DNA of 64,000 nucleotides from positions 1,054,001 through 1,118,000 of the forward strand of contig OX597834.1 of NCBI GenBank assembly GCA_951406725.2, given 5' to 3'. Below the pieces are notes generated by a model. The model was not told the origin of the DNA and did not search any database. It saw only the letters and a program-made list of their open reading frames with translations. The position numbers and the translations under genes are program-made. Origin of the DNA: Octopus vulgaris (lineage: Eukaryota). Each line of letters opens with the position of its first letter. Positions within the stretch are counted from its first letter, which is position 1. Shown piece by piece: positions 1 to 12,134 of the stretch.

Positions 1-386
1 GAGTTCTACAGATCTTCCAGGATAAAGCTCGTCTTCTAGGCGGTTCGGAGTTTCTGTAACTACTGTTGACACTAGCTTACACTTATTGTCCAATCTCCAT
101 GTACTAAGCATTAATATTCCTCGCACTTTTAGCTGCGTTGTTGCCTTTATTGAACTCATAAAGCAAAATATGCCGAATAAGCTCCTTTGTCACTTCCATT
201 ATAGCTTTGAAATAATAACTGTTGAAATCGAACTGCACTCTTCAAAACTTGCACTAAGAATAAATACAAGGTAAAATTACTTTCTGCTTTTATAGCAAGT
301 TGATGCAAGTAGTTTATTCCACTCCGCTCCGAATTTTAGTTCATACAACTAAAAAAAAAACTGCATTATTTATGGAACTAACTAAT
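1..386 (-). mobile_element. Mariner transposon 5' end (TIR plus decayed transposase N-terminal HTH)
   Basis: Minus strand from ATG at 199 reads MEVTKELIRHILLYEFNKGNNAA...LEDELYPGRSVEL, the mariner HTH pattern. TIR-like TATTAGTTAGTTCCATAAATAATGCAG at about 360-386 abuts TA. Confidence 0.8.
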
Positions 387-399
387 ATATGTATATATA

Positions 400-604
400 T
401 AAAATAATATGTGACAATTATTCGGTAACCAAGATAAAACTCTGAGTTTCGGATGCCGAGGTGGAAATCCACACCACCATCTCTTCGGTTATCGACTGTT
501 TTCTTGGCTACAGAATAATTGTCACATATTATTTTACAGATAAATTTCCTCTATTTACATAATATTGAGGTCTCTTTCTTTCTTTTGTTATCTTACCGTT
601 TTTA

Positions 605-608
<4 letters not shown>
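400..608 (+). mobile_element. Fold-back Penelope-like pLTR remnant in (TA)n
   Basis: Inverted arms 400-438 and 499-537, unique tail 538-608, TA runs on both sides, hammerhead-like motif between the arms. Confidence 0.65.
433..493 (-). ncRNA. Hammerhead-like motif, U4C variant
   Basis: Minus strand: GATAA CCGAAGA GATG...CATCC GAAA CTCAGAG TT TTATC; 5-bp stem I. Confidence 0.55.
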
Positions 609-649
<41 letters not shown>

Positions 650-650
<1 letters not shown>

Positions 651-855
651 TGAGGGTCCATGGTCTAAGGCTTAGGCTGTTGCACTCACGATCATGAGAT
701 CATGGTTTCAATTCCTAGACTGGGTGGTGCTTTCTGTTCCTGAGCCAAATATTTCCTCTCACGTTGTCCTACGATCACATCCACACATGACACGTGGTAC
801 ATTTGTGCTGGTCGTTCAACAATATCTGAACAATCATAATCCTTTTCGACGGGAG

Positions 856-895
<40 letters not shown>

Positions 896-960
896 ACAAG
901 GGAAGAGCGAATGTTTACCGTTTATCGTTTCCTCCGTGGATTGCTTCAACAAATTAGGGT
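650..960 (+). mobile_element. tRNA-headed SINE, degenerate (same head type as 58885)
   Basis: A-box-like TGGTCTAAGGCTTAGG and B-box-like GGTTTCAATTCC, followed by a TGTTCCTGAGCCAAA core shared with 58885-59125. Confidence 0.6.
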
Positions 961-1219
961 GACCAATCATGCAGCAGGTTCATTGATATTTGAGGATGAC
1001 GACGTCCACCTAGTCATGCACATCATATGATCTCTCTCCTACAAAGTGGTACTTGCAGTTCTGATGAACTGATCGTAATTAAGCAATAAGATGGAAACCA
1101 TTCAGTGTTTAATTAGAGGTTGGTGTCGAAGTTCGTTAATTTCGAAAGGAAGACCGGAAGTTTGTCGAATGGATTTGTGGTAAACGTCTGAAGTCACTAA
1201 TCCCTACTCACTATATATA

Positions 1220-1287
<68 letters not shown>

Positions 1288-1644
1288 ATTTGTGAAATTC
1301 ATGGCACTAATGGCACTGGTGCTGTTTCCTTGTTTTAAAGAATTAATCTGATCGCTCCACTGGGAGAAATTCTTTAAACGAAGAATCACTAATACTAATC
1401 CGATTCCTGTCAGAGGGAATAATCCAATATTTCTTCTCCACATTGTGTTGCATACATACATACGTACACACGCACACGCACACACACACGCGCACACACA
1501 CACACACATACATATATGTATGTATATATATAAAAGTATGTATATTATAAACAATTTTACATTAAACTAAAGAGTAAATATTTTTTGAAGAGAGAAAATT
1601 TATTATTCTTTAACAAGAATACCGTTGACAGTGACATATGTGTA

Positions 1645-1680
<36 letters not shown>

Positions 1681-1707
1681 GATATATGTAAGTACACACA
1701 CACACAA

Positions 1708-1738
<31 letters not shown>

Positions 1739-1865
1739 CACGCATAAATTCATATGTGGTCACGTGGTCTCGTTGTTTGTTGATGTAATAAATTCTTGAT
1801 ATTATGATGAATTACATCCACCTAACAATGGTTTCGCAGGTGTTTACGTAAACAACTGCAAGGCC

Positions 1866-1977
1866 TACTACTACTACCACCACCACCACCACCACCACCA
1901 CCACCACCACCACCACCACTGCTACTATTACTACCACCACCACCACCACCACCACCACCACCACCACCACCACCACC

Positions 1978-2030
<53 letters not shown>

Positions 2031-2088
2031 CACTGCTACTACTACTACCACCACCACCACCACCACCACTATTACCACCACCACCACC

Positions 2089-2150
<62 letters not shown>

Positions 2151-2196
2151 AACTACCACCACCACCACCACCACCACTGCTACTATTACCACCACC

Positions 2197-2249
<53 letters not shown>

Positions 2250-2286
2250 CACTGCTACTATTACTACCACCACCACCACCACCACC

Positions 2287-2327
<41 letters not shown>

Positions 2328-2403
2328 AACCACCACCACCACCACCACCACTGCTACTATTACCACCACCACCACCACCACCACCACCACCACCACCACC
2401 ACC

Positions 2404-2444
<41 letters not shown>

Positions 2445-2526
2445 AACTACCACCACCACCACCACCACCACCACTGCTACTATTACTACCACCACCACCA
2501 CCACCACCACCACCACCACCACCACC

Positions 2527-2583
<57 letters not shown>
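1866..2583. repeat. Compound (ACC)n/(ACT)n triplet array with higher-order units
   Basis: Alternating ACC and ACT blocks punctuated by recurring ACTGCTACTATT. Confidence 0.95.
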
Positions 2584-3152
2584 GTTGCTGCAGCGCAGCA
2601 GCAGTATTTCTCCTCCTGCTGCAACAATACTTAGTGCACTCCTGCTTCTATAACATTGCAGGAGAGTCGGCGTGAGTGCACGTCGTGCATGCCTTCCTTC
2701 TTCCATACAGGAAAACAGCCGCAGTAAAACATGCCTTTCACACCCACACATGCTGCATGCCAAACACACGCACACTCTCCCTCTCACACACATATGAATG
2801 TGTGTGTCTGTGTACATATTTATAGGCACACACAAACACACGGATAGAATGTATTTATACATCTATCTTTCTATCTCCATTGTCCTGGAGCCTCACCCCA
2901 AAAAACTATGTTCTCCCATTCTAAACAAAAAGAAAAAAAGCACCCACCTGATTTGCATAAAATTCATGAACAACCTGTTTGCACAAGTATAATGTTATTT
3001 GACAAATTAGAAGACGAACGAATGAGTTAATAATAACGACTAAATAAAAAAAGAACTCTTTTTCCAAAATTCTTGCAACCTCTTCTTTTCTCAATATTCA
3101 ATATCTGTACACCACTTGTAACACTCTACACTCACACGTGTGTATATACATG

Positions 3153-3206
<54 letters not shown>

Positions 3207-3250
3207 AACACATATGTATATCCATATTCACAGGCAGATATAATATAGAA

Positions 3251-3309
<59 letters not shown>

Positions 3310-3313
<4 letters not shown>

Positions 3314-3518
3314 TGTATTTTTACCTTGTTAACAATTAACACGGAAAAATAAATAAATAGTTACCAGGGCATCAAAAATCTCACACACTTTTCTGAGGAG
3401 AAGATTGCATTGTTTATACCATTTATTCTTTTGAATAGTATCAGTGGAATTTTCGAAACATGTGTCGAAAGTAAAAATATTTGATTACACCTGCGTTAAC
3501 TCCATTTTTTTTTATATC
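3310..3518 (+). mobile_element. Hammerhead-bearing Penelope-like pLTR fragment in (TA)n
   Basis: About 210 bp of unique sequence between (TA)n tracts, containing a complete hammerhead. Confidence 0.7.
3387..3472 (+). ncRNA. Type-I hammerhead ribozyme, canonical core
   Basis: ACTTTT CTGAGGA GAAGATT...AATTTTC GAAA CATGTG TC GAAAGT: 6-bp stem I, 7-bp stem II base, GUC site with predicted cleavage after 3466. Confidence 0.85.
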
Positions 3519-3540
3519 ATATATATATATATATATATAT

Positions 3541-3637
3541 GGGGGAGGAAATGAGTCGATTACCTCGACCCCTGTATTTAACTGGTACTTATCCGAAAGG
3601 AAGAAATCCAAAATCGACATCGGCGGAATTTTAAATC
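3541..3637 (-). mobile_element. SINE fragment (9049/25655 family)
   Basis: Reverse complement matches TTCCGCCGA.GTCGA.TTTG...CCTTTCGG...AAGTACCAGTT...GGGGTCGA.GTAATCGACT. Confidence 0.75.
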
Positions 3638-4061
3638 AATAATAATAATAATATAGATTATTACGAAGTGGATTAGTATTAACTTTAATTCTTTATATAT
3701 ATTCATGGCTTTACATAGACCCAAACAGCAAACGTTTGGAGTAATCCTTTACTATTTACACAAACACACACACGTATGTGTGTTTATGTGTGTGAGCGGA
3801 GACATCTATTATATGGGTTGCTTCAGAAATCCCTTTGGTATTACCGTAATATGAAATATGTTGCTTCTTTCGTATTGTAAAAATTTTGAAGTTATAAGTT
3901 TTCAAGTATTATATTGGCTATTTTGTGAACATATGTCGTGCATAAGATTGTAAATATGTTGATGCCTTTTAATGTTGCGCTTAGGCATGGCCATACAAAT
4001 TACCCGGTTTTATAACAGTATCCTTCTGAATAAAGCTATAGACAATTACAGGGTGGAATAT

Positions 4062-4250
4062 AAAATTAAATAAATGACAAAGTCCGGGAATTTATGCAGT
4101 GAATTTCATTAGCTTACAGTTGTTTTTGCTTTAAAATGCAGAGCGCTCAGAACTGTGTATTTGTTTATCATCAAATATCAGAAACAGCTGTAACGTAACG
4201 AAATTCACCGCACAATTTCCTCTTCCCTTGTCATTAATTTTTTTTTCATA
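4062..4250. repeat. Degenerate fold-back element with GAAACAGCTGTA hammerhead 3' half
   Basis: Arms at about 4062-4128 and 4179-4250 are imperfectly complementary; the right arm resembles 10139-10200. Confidence 0.6.
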
Positions 4251-4294
4251 TATCCATGTGTATATAGATAGATGCAAACACAAATATGTACGTA

Positions 4295-4342
4295 TTTGTT
4301 CTCCACTTTATGTTATATATATAACATAAAGTGGAGAACAAA
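4295..4342. repeat. Perfect 48-bp palindrome centred on a TA run
   Basis: TTTGTTCTCCACTTTATGTTATAT|ATATAACATAAAGTGGAGAACAAA. Confidence 0.9.
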
Positions 4343-4525
4343 CTTTCTTAAGAAAAAATTCCTTTATCAAAATTCCTATACGGCATCCAGCCAATCTTAA
4401 ACATAAATCGTGAGAATACGAAATACATAGATGTAGATTCATGAGAACTTTTAGGGGTCAGGCATTCCAATATTACAACTCAACGATGAAGTTAGATGAG
4501 CAGTAGTATATAATAACGTATGTAT

Positions 4526-4608
4526 CCTTACGACCGTTTCAGGATTTTGTGTTTGTATTGGGCGAATCTTCCAACCCATACAAATGGCAACATTTCCCTC
4601 ATCAGAGG
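4526..4608 (-). ncRNA. Type-I hammerhead ribozyme, canonical core
   Basis: Minus strand: CCT CTGATGA GGGA...TTTGTATGGG..CCCAATACAAA...TCCT GAAA CGGTCG TA AGG; GUA site. Confidence 0.8.
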
Positions 4609-4855
4609 TAAATTAAGCGATTAAAATATTTTGAAAATAGTTTTAAAATATTATCTATTTACAGAGAATTGGAATATATATATCTTGTTTAAACGTTTTC
4701 TGCTCAAAAGATATCTGCTAATCGGTATTGTTCTCAGCTTAATACATGCCGGAATAAATTATTGTTTCAACCAGGAAATCCTGAGTAGTTGTATAAAAAA
4801 GCTTTGTGATTTTTTGTTATAAAATTATTAACGTACACATATACAATACAAAAAT

Positions 4856-4889
<34 letters not shown>

Positions 4890-4892
4890 TGA

Positions 4893-4931
<39 letters not shown>

Positions 4932-5303
4932 GTAGGCAGGTAAGTACGAGCCACGGATCCAAGGGCTAGGAAGTTATTAAGCTCAGCGCACGTATGCAAT
5001 TAGTATACATGACAAAAAGTGAACAATATACGATAAAACAAGTTTATTTCACATCGTAAGTTAAAACACTTTATCCAGTATTGAAATTAAATGGAATTTC
5101 TTTAAGCTGACATTTACCATACTACTCACAGTTTAGCATATATATATATGTAACAAACCGGTGTTACAAATTTTAAGTTACCCATGAAATAATTATCTGA
5201 ATTAGTAACATACTGATATTTAAAAATACATTTATATCTTAATTAAATATTTTATAGAATGCATGGATGGTTCTTCTTTTTTTGTTATTGAGGCTCAGTT
5301 CAA

Positions 5304-5343
<40 letters not shown>

Positions 5344-5347
<4 letters not shown>

Positions 5348-5702
5348 TGATTATATAATATTTTTCACTATTATAACAAATTTAATTTAATTCTCTGAAG
5401 AGGCCGTGGGGCATTTTTAATGCCTCATTTATACCTGCCTTTATGGCTTATAGGTTAAATGAGGTATGACTGTCCTCACTGCCGAAACAGCTGTCAGTTT
5501 TGATTTATTTGCATATTGTATTTGTAATTTTTACTTATATCTCTTTATCTTTACTTTACTTTTACTTTTACTATTACTGTATATCTCATTTCATTTTATA
5601 TATTGCCTTTACTCCTGTAATGGTGTATTAAAGTATGGATTGAGTATCATCGGATAGTTGATGTTTTATTGATTTAAGTATGTTTCTCCATCTCTAATTT
5701 TG

Positions 5703-5704
<2 letters not shown>
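5344..5704 (+). mobile_element. Hammerhead-bearing Penelope-like pLTR fragment in (TA)n
   Basis: About 360 bp of unique sequence flanked by (TA)n at 5309-5343 and 5705-5737, containing a hammerhead. Confidence 0.7.
5393..5497 (+). ncRNA. Type-I hammerhead ribozyme with long extended stem II
   Basis: CT CTGAAGA GGCCGTGGGGCA..ATGCCTCATTTA...TAAATGAGGTAT..TGTCCTCACTGCC GAAA CAGCTG TC AG; GUC site; stem I is weak. Confidence 0.8.
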
Positions 5705-5744
<40 letters not shown>

Positions 5745-5774
5745 GTATGTAAGCATATATATATATATATATAT

Positions 5775-6170
5775 TGAAACTTCGACGTCTGGCAGCTGAC
5801 ACCCATAAAATTATTAACCATCTTACAAATAATAACCCTGAGCACCTTTTCAAACTCCACCTGTCTAACACCCGTGGACATGTTTACAAACTCAGAAAAC
5901 AGCACAGCTCCCATGACTTTCGGAAACATTTTTTTCACGCTGAGAGTTGCTGAAGCATGGAACAAACTGCCGGCATCAGTTGTTAGTTGCTGGAGCACTG
6001 CATCCTTCAAAATTCCCAACACTACACCTGATTTTCTCCCCTTCATTCACACACAAGCATGTATCTGACTCATACACTGTTCGCTTTCCAGACATTTGTA
6101 CATTACTGCATATGCTTTATACGCACTTTCTGACAAGTTGTGGTGCATTGTATACAATAATTTCATTATT
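5775..6170 (+). mobile_element. CR1-clade LINE 3' end with (ATT)n tail
   Basis: Frameshifted ...NTRGHVYKLRKQHSSHDFRKHF/FTLRVAEAWNKLPASVV...ASFK matches the TRGH..FF..RV...WN.LP..VV C-terminus of CR1 ORF2. Confidence 0.85.
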
Positions 6171-6176
6171 ATTTTT

Positions 6177-6334
<158 letters not shown>

Positions 6335-6336
6335 AG

Positions 6337-7432
6337 ACGGTGAACAGGTGTGGTCATCTTTTGTCAGACGCGACTTTCCGCAGCTCGTACCCTTTCACAG
6401 AGTTGCAGTCTTGGATCAAACGCAGACCGAGAAAGGGCGCTTGGCACCTCGAGTGCCGTCAAGCTCTCTCCGCCCTGCACCAGGCGGGAAATGCGATCGG
6501 CTGTGGTTCCACTCTAGCGTTCTATAGAGGGTTAGTGAAAGAAAAGTGCGACGACGTTCTCGGGGAAACTCCAGGCGTTGACGATAACGAGCTAAACAGT
6601 CTGTTCGGGAGAACTTTCGGGCCGGGGCCAATGGATAATTTCCAAAAGTCCCTCGCCTGGCAGTGCTACCGAGGGTCTCTGCCTGTTCGGGATAAACTCT
6701 ACCGGCACGGAAGTGCCGTCAGACGGGCCTGCCCGAGATGCGCCCAGGACGACGAAACCGTTCTGCACGCACTCGTCCAGTGCCCGAGTATTGCTGAACT
6801 ATGGGTTTATGTCAAACAACTACTGTCGCGTATAGGACGGATCCGGCTATCAGCTGAATCCATAGTGAGGATTGCCCCGCCGACCTCCTTTAACAAGGAG
6901 GGAAAGGCCGTTTTCCTGTGTCTAGTGGCTGTAGCGAAAGATGTGGTATGGTGGACCCGTTTGAAAGGGCTAAGATCAGACACTTTCCTCTTTGGCCAAG
7001 GCCTCATCAACTTTTTCAAGTTTCACTTGAAAAGGAAGATGAGGTTAGAGAGGAGGGTGCTGTCTAATAGCAAGTTTTCTGAAAGGTGGGTGAATTGTGC
7101 AAGAATGGCCAGTATAAAGGGACCAATTCTGAAGTTTCGCCTGTAATTGAAAAAGGTATTATAAAAGGAGAAAGGGGCTCTCTACCCCTCTTTTGACTAG
7201 GCTCCCGCGGCTTTTATGGGTTTTTACACGTGAGACCTTTTCTTTTTCCGAAGGGTCTCCTCTTTTGGGAGTTTTGTAAATTGTTGAAGTTTTTTTCGTT
7301 GTTATAAAGCTTGTTTATACGGACTTTTTTCTTTCGAAAAACGGACAAAACCTTTTGTAACCTTTCGCCCTGTTTTGTCCCTTTATCTTTTCCAATCATG
7401 TTTGTCAGCCCTTGTGGCCAATAAAAGAATTA
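6337..7432 (+). mobile_element. 5'-truncated Tx1/L1-clade LINE (ORF2 C-terminus plus 3' UTR)
   Basis: GC-rich block between ATT repeats, with a T-rich 3' UTR ending in AATAAAAGAA. Confidence 0.85.
6340..7146 (+). pseudogene. LINE ORF2 C-terminal fragment with zf-RVT CCHC zinc finger
   Basis: AWQCYRGSLPVRDKL...CPRC....ETVLHALVQCP....LW; 268 codons with no stop; no true start because it is truncated. Confidence 0.85.
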
Positions 7433-7446
7433 ATTATTATTATTAT

Positions 7447-7484
<38 letters not shown>

Positions 7485-7599
7485 TGTGTGTGTGTGTATA
7501 TATATATCAATGTATGTAAGCATCTATATATAAGCATATACATACATACACACACACGCACACATATATATATAACCATCTAGAAAATGTAACACAACC

Positions 7600-7780
7600 A
7601 CCCTAACTGATGTTCTGACTATTCCTCCAATACACTTAAGAGGACTTTTCATTTATTTTTCGGCCGCGGAAGAAGGAAAAGTATATTTGACTTTGACGGA
7701 ATTTGAACTCCGAAGGCAAAATACTGGAATAAAATACCGCATGTCATTTTTTTTTTTTGACGCTCCAGCGAATCATTTAA
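7600..7780 (-). mobile_element. Degenerate SINE (9049/25655 family)
   Basis: GGAATTTGAACTCCGAA...AAATACCGC...CATTT is the reverse of the family head. Confidence 0.6.
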
Positions 7781-8016
7781 TTCTCTTTGGGAAGAATTTG
7801 CTTCTTGAATACTTTGGGCCTGACTCTAAGAATAAATACCAATCATGTACTTAGGGACCAGTCAACCAATGTCGCTAACCACATTTTCCTCAAAGTGTGA
7901 GGCGAAACCATTCTTTTGACTTTGACGGAAAGTTAAACTTATTACTATAATGTACCACGCACACATACGTGGGTGTGTATGTGAGTGAATGTATGTATCT
8001 ATATATAAGTATTTAG

Positions 8017-8047
<31 letters not shown>

Positions 8048-9048
8048 TACACGCACACACACATATAAATATATATAAACGGCCATGCGCAATGTGTAAC
8101 TATAAACGAAAATATATAATTGTCACTAAACGCAACTAAGGGTGTTAAAACACAGTGCTAGAAATAAGAGCTAAAATGCTCTAGTGCTGTAAGAAAAGCA
8201 CGTAAATGTATATATATATATGTACATGGTGATACTCCAGCATGACCGCAGCCGCATGGCTGACAGGAATAAAATAATATAAAATATAAAATATAGATTT
8301 ATGGACAATGTAGTGACTACTAATATAAACATCAGATCTTTATATCCGAAATGCTGGTGGTTAGGAAAAGAAAGAAGAAGGATAAGTGATTTTAACAGAG
8401 TTTAAGAAAGGAAGTAAAGTATTGAATATGGAGAGAAGAAACGAAATTCTTCGAATGGATTGTTTCCATAGATTTATTCCATATTTAAGTGAAAAGATTT
8501 AACTCTTTGCTTAACGCTTTCAGATATTATCTATAAATTCTACTCAAAGATATTTGCAGGCAACAAAGCAAAGGAGGAAAGGTAAAGAAAGCCGAAGCTG
8601 ACTGAGAAAGTAGAAGTTAGTTAAGTCAGCAAGGCGTATCTAATAATCATGTTAAATTGATGTTAAAATTAATTAACTGACTGAAAGCAGTTCCACTAAG
8701 GTGCCAAATGCTGTTAACGAACTTGAAACAAACGTCTAATATCGGAGAGATTTCGATTGATTTTTCTTCTCGTCTTTCTCCCTTAAATATTCAATACTGT
8801 AAACATAATTGATTCAAAATCTTCCATTAACCTAAACCCAACCTAGTTTTATGATTTCATCGCGTCGTCTCTCTACTCACAAAGTGAAAATATGTTCATC
8901 AAAGGCGTAAAAGCGAAACTCCGATAAACTCTGCGCTTCCTCTTCCTTTCAGGGTTCATAAAATACCAGTCAATTACTGTGATCGAATCTGCTGGCATTG
9001 TGCCGAAATTAAATGCCATTCCTATTGCTATGATAAATATTATGACTG

Positions 9049-9258
9049 AGGTGGCGAGCTGGCAGAAACGTTAGCGTGGCGGACAGAATGCTTAACGGCG
9101 ATTCGTCCTTCTGTACGTTCTAAGTTCAATTTCCACCGAGGCCGACTTTGTCTATCATCTTTTTGGGGTCAATAAAGTAAGTACCAGTTGAGCAGTGGGG
9201 TTGATGTAATCGACTTACTACTCTCTCAAAACTGCTGGCTTCGTGCCAAAATTAGAAC
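9049..9258 (+). mobile_element. tRNA-derived octopus-type SINE
   Basis: GGTGGCGAGCTGGCAGAAACGTTAGC (A box), GTTCAATTTCC (B box), GGGGTCAATAAAGTAAGTACCAGTT core; collinear with 25655-25859. Confidence 0.85.
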
Positions 9259-9880
9259 TTCTTCTTCTTCTTCTTTTCCTCCTCCTCCTTCTTCTTCTTT
9301 TCCTCCTCCTCCTTCTTCTTCTTTTTCTTCTTCTCCTCCTCCTCCTCCTCCTCCTCCTCCTCCTCCTCCTTCTTCTTCTTCTTCTTCTTCTTCTTCTTCT
9401 TCTTCTTCTTCTTCTTCTTCTTCTTCTTCTTCTTCTTCTTCTTTTTCTTCCCTTTCTTCTTTTTTCTCCTTCTTCTTCTCCTCCTCCTTCTATCTTCTTC
9501 TTCTTCTTTTTCTTTTTCTTCTTCTTCTTCTCTTCTTCTTCTTCATCTTCATCTTCTTCTTCTTCATCATCTACTTCTTTTTCTTCCTTTTTCTTCTTCT
9601 TCATCTTCATCTTCTTCTATCTTCTTCTTCTTTTTCTTCTTCTTCTATCTTCTTCATCTTCATCTTCTTCTTCTTCTTCTTCTTCTTCTTCTTCTTCTTC
9701 TTCACCTTCTTCTTCTTCTTCATCTTCATCTTCATCTTCATCTTCTTCTTCATCTTCTTCTTCTTCTTCTTCTTCTTCTTCTTTTTCTTCTATCTTCATC
9801 TTCTTCTTCTTCTTCTTCTTCTTCTTCTTCTTCTTCTCTTTCTTCTTCTTCTTCTTCTTCTTCTTCTTCTTCTTCATCTT
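9258..9880. repeat. (TTC/TCC/TCA)n polypyrimidine triplet array at SINE tail
   Basis: About 620 bp pyrimidine-rich triplet run. Confidence 0.95.
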
Positions 9881-9884
9881 ACAT

Positions 9885-9937
<53 letters not shown>

Positions 9938-10077
9938 CATAGGGAAGCTTTACTCCTCAAATACCTGCCTTCAATTCCTTCATACTGTTATGCTTCTTTT
10001 CGTTGGTAATGCTGTTATTAGAGAACATATTTACATTTATAAATATACGCAGAAAAGCGCCGTTGACGCTTGAATCT

Positions 10078-10153
10078 CCGATGAAACTATGCAATGATAC
10101 ACAAGCACTTAGATATGTGTGCATTGCACCTCATAGCAGAAACAGCTGTAACC
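10078..10153 (+). ncRNA. Degenerate hammerhead-like motif (CCGATGA...GAAACAGCTGTA)
   Basis: CTATG/CATAG and CAATG/CATTG stem II pairing and palindromic CAGCTG stem III; stem I not evident. Confidence 0.45.
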
Positions 10154-12046
10154 AAATGAATTTCATGGCATAATTTCTAAATTCTTTGCCCTTTTAATTT
10201 CTTTCTTACTCATTTGCAACAATATTATGTGTATATTGTATTTGTTTGAGCATTCAACCACGGCTACCACAACTCCTACTTCTGCCACAACTACCACCGC
10301 CACCATCACCTATACTTAAACACCACTATAAACGACATCATTAGCGCCACCACATCCCTACCACTAATTAAACAGACAGTTAAACTAGCTTTATCATTGT
10401 CTCGAGAAATCAAAGATATTAAATAGAATAATCTCTAGCAGTCTTCACACAAACATATCATAAAGTTGTTCTTATTGTTGTGGTTGTTGTTGCCGTTCTC
10501 GTGATGAGCATCAAATATAATTTACCTTGGCTTATTAGAACCAATCTTATATTCATTAGAATTCCAGCATCGCAGTTTAATTATCTAATTAGTATGTCAT
10601 TTATATGCAATGTTTATAAATGAAACGCGAAATAATAATGTCGAAATAGTTATGTAATCCCGTTCACAGATTTTATATTCTTCAAATCTCTTTCTCTCTT
10701 TCTCTTTCTCTCTTTTTTCTCTCTCTCTCTCTTTTTCCCTCTCTTTGTCCTTTTCTCGCATTTTCTGTTCATCTCTCTCTTTCTGTTTATCTGTGCTTCT
10801 TTAAATATTTCTCTGGTTGCGAGTGTGAGGAGTGTAAGAGTGAATTTTCAGTGTTTTAAAATTTTTACTCGTATATGTAGCAAAAGACCTGAAGTTAGTT
10901 GAAATAGTGCCAAATGCTCGAATGTGTCTATGTCTATGTATCTACGTACAAATAAATGTATGCATAGATATGTAAACATACGCGCGCACACCCACACACA
11001 TCTATATTCATGAATATGTATCATATATACACATATATGTGCATATATCTACATACATAGGCATACATATATATTCAAATACATATTTCAAGAAACGACA
11101 TTAAGCAATGTGAGTATTATTTCAAAATAGTCATTTCTACAGCTGTTTCAATAATTCTTACATAACATTAAATAATTTGTAAGAATCACCCCAGGAGGGA
11201 GATCTTTCGAAATGTGAGCATTCAGTTCCTCTCTTGTATACGTTGAAGACTTAAAGAATATAATGAAAAAAAAATGAGTGGTACCAGTAATTGAAATGAC
11301 TAGATTCACACTGATTCTCCCTGAGGACTACATTAAGGTTACACGTGTGCATGGAGTGCTCAGGCTCTTCGGTTGATCGAATCAACGGGAACATCGTCGT
11401 GCTAACCGACGGAGTGCCGGTTTTTACGACAAATATGATAACCTAACTTTAATGAATGTGGCACAAATTTCAGTAAAAGAATCATTGGAAGGTCACGAAA
11501 GAGTTTGGATATATCAAGGAATAAAGAAAGAGAAAGATGATGGAAAAAGTGATGCTGTTTACTGATTGGGGAAGGAAGCCGTCGGTCTTGCTCTCGTTGG
11601 GCACCTTCAAAATCCAAAGGTTATAGATTTTTTTTTATCATTAATCGATAAGTGTTTCAGGGTGTATGTCAACAGAACCCTATAAAAATGCAAATATTTG
11701 TATCGACCAAGTTGTAGAGTGTCGGTGCTGTTGGTTTAATACACTCTTACAAAGGTGGAAGCGATTCATCTGTTTGAAACACCTTTATATATACATGTAC
11801 ATATATATATATATATATATACATATATGCTTATATATACATATGCATATGCATCCATGTATATATATATAAAGATATATGTATATATACATGCATATTT
11901 ATATATGAATGTATATGTGTGTATATACATATAAATATATACTGTATATATATATTTATATATATATATATATATACAGTATATATTTATATGTATATAC
12001 ACACATATACATTCATATATAAATATGCATGTATATATACATATAT

Positions 12047-12131
<85 letters not shown>

Positions 12132-12134
12132 CAC

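Noticed and set aside
1061-1108. CTGATGA...GAAACCATTC possible hammerhead
   Set aside because: No convincing stem I, II or III pairing.
1812-2862. Poly-Val and Gly/Ser ORFs
   Set aside because: Stop-free frames of the ACC/ACT triplet array.
9188-10009. Poly-S/F/L/E/K/R ORFs
   Set aside because: Frames of a TTC-type repeat at a SINE tail.
11138-11196. Minus-strand CTGGGGT...stem...GAAACAGCTGTA
   Set aside because: Good stem II and 3' half, but two core substitutions; probably a decayed hammerhead and not called as a feature.
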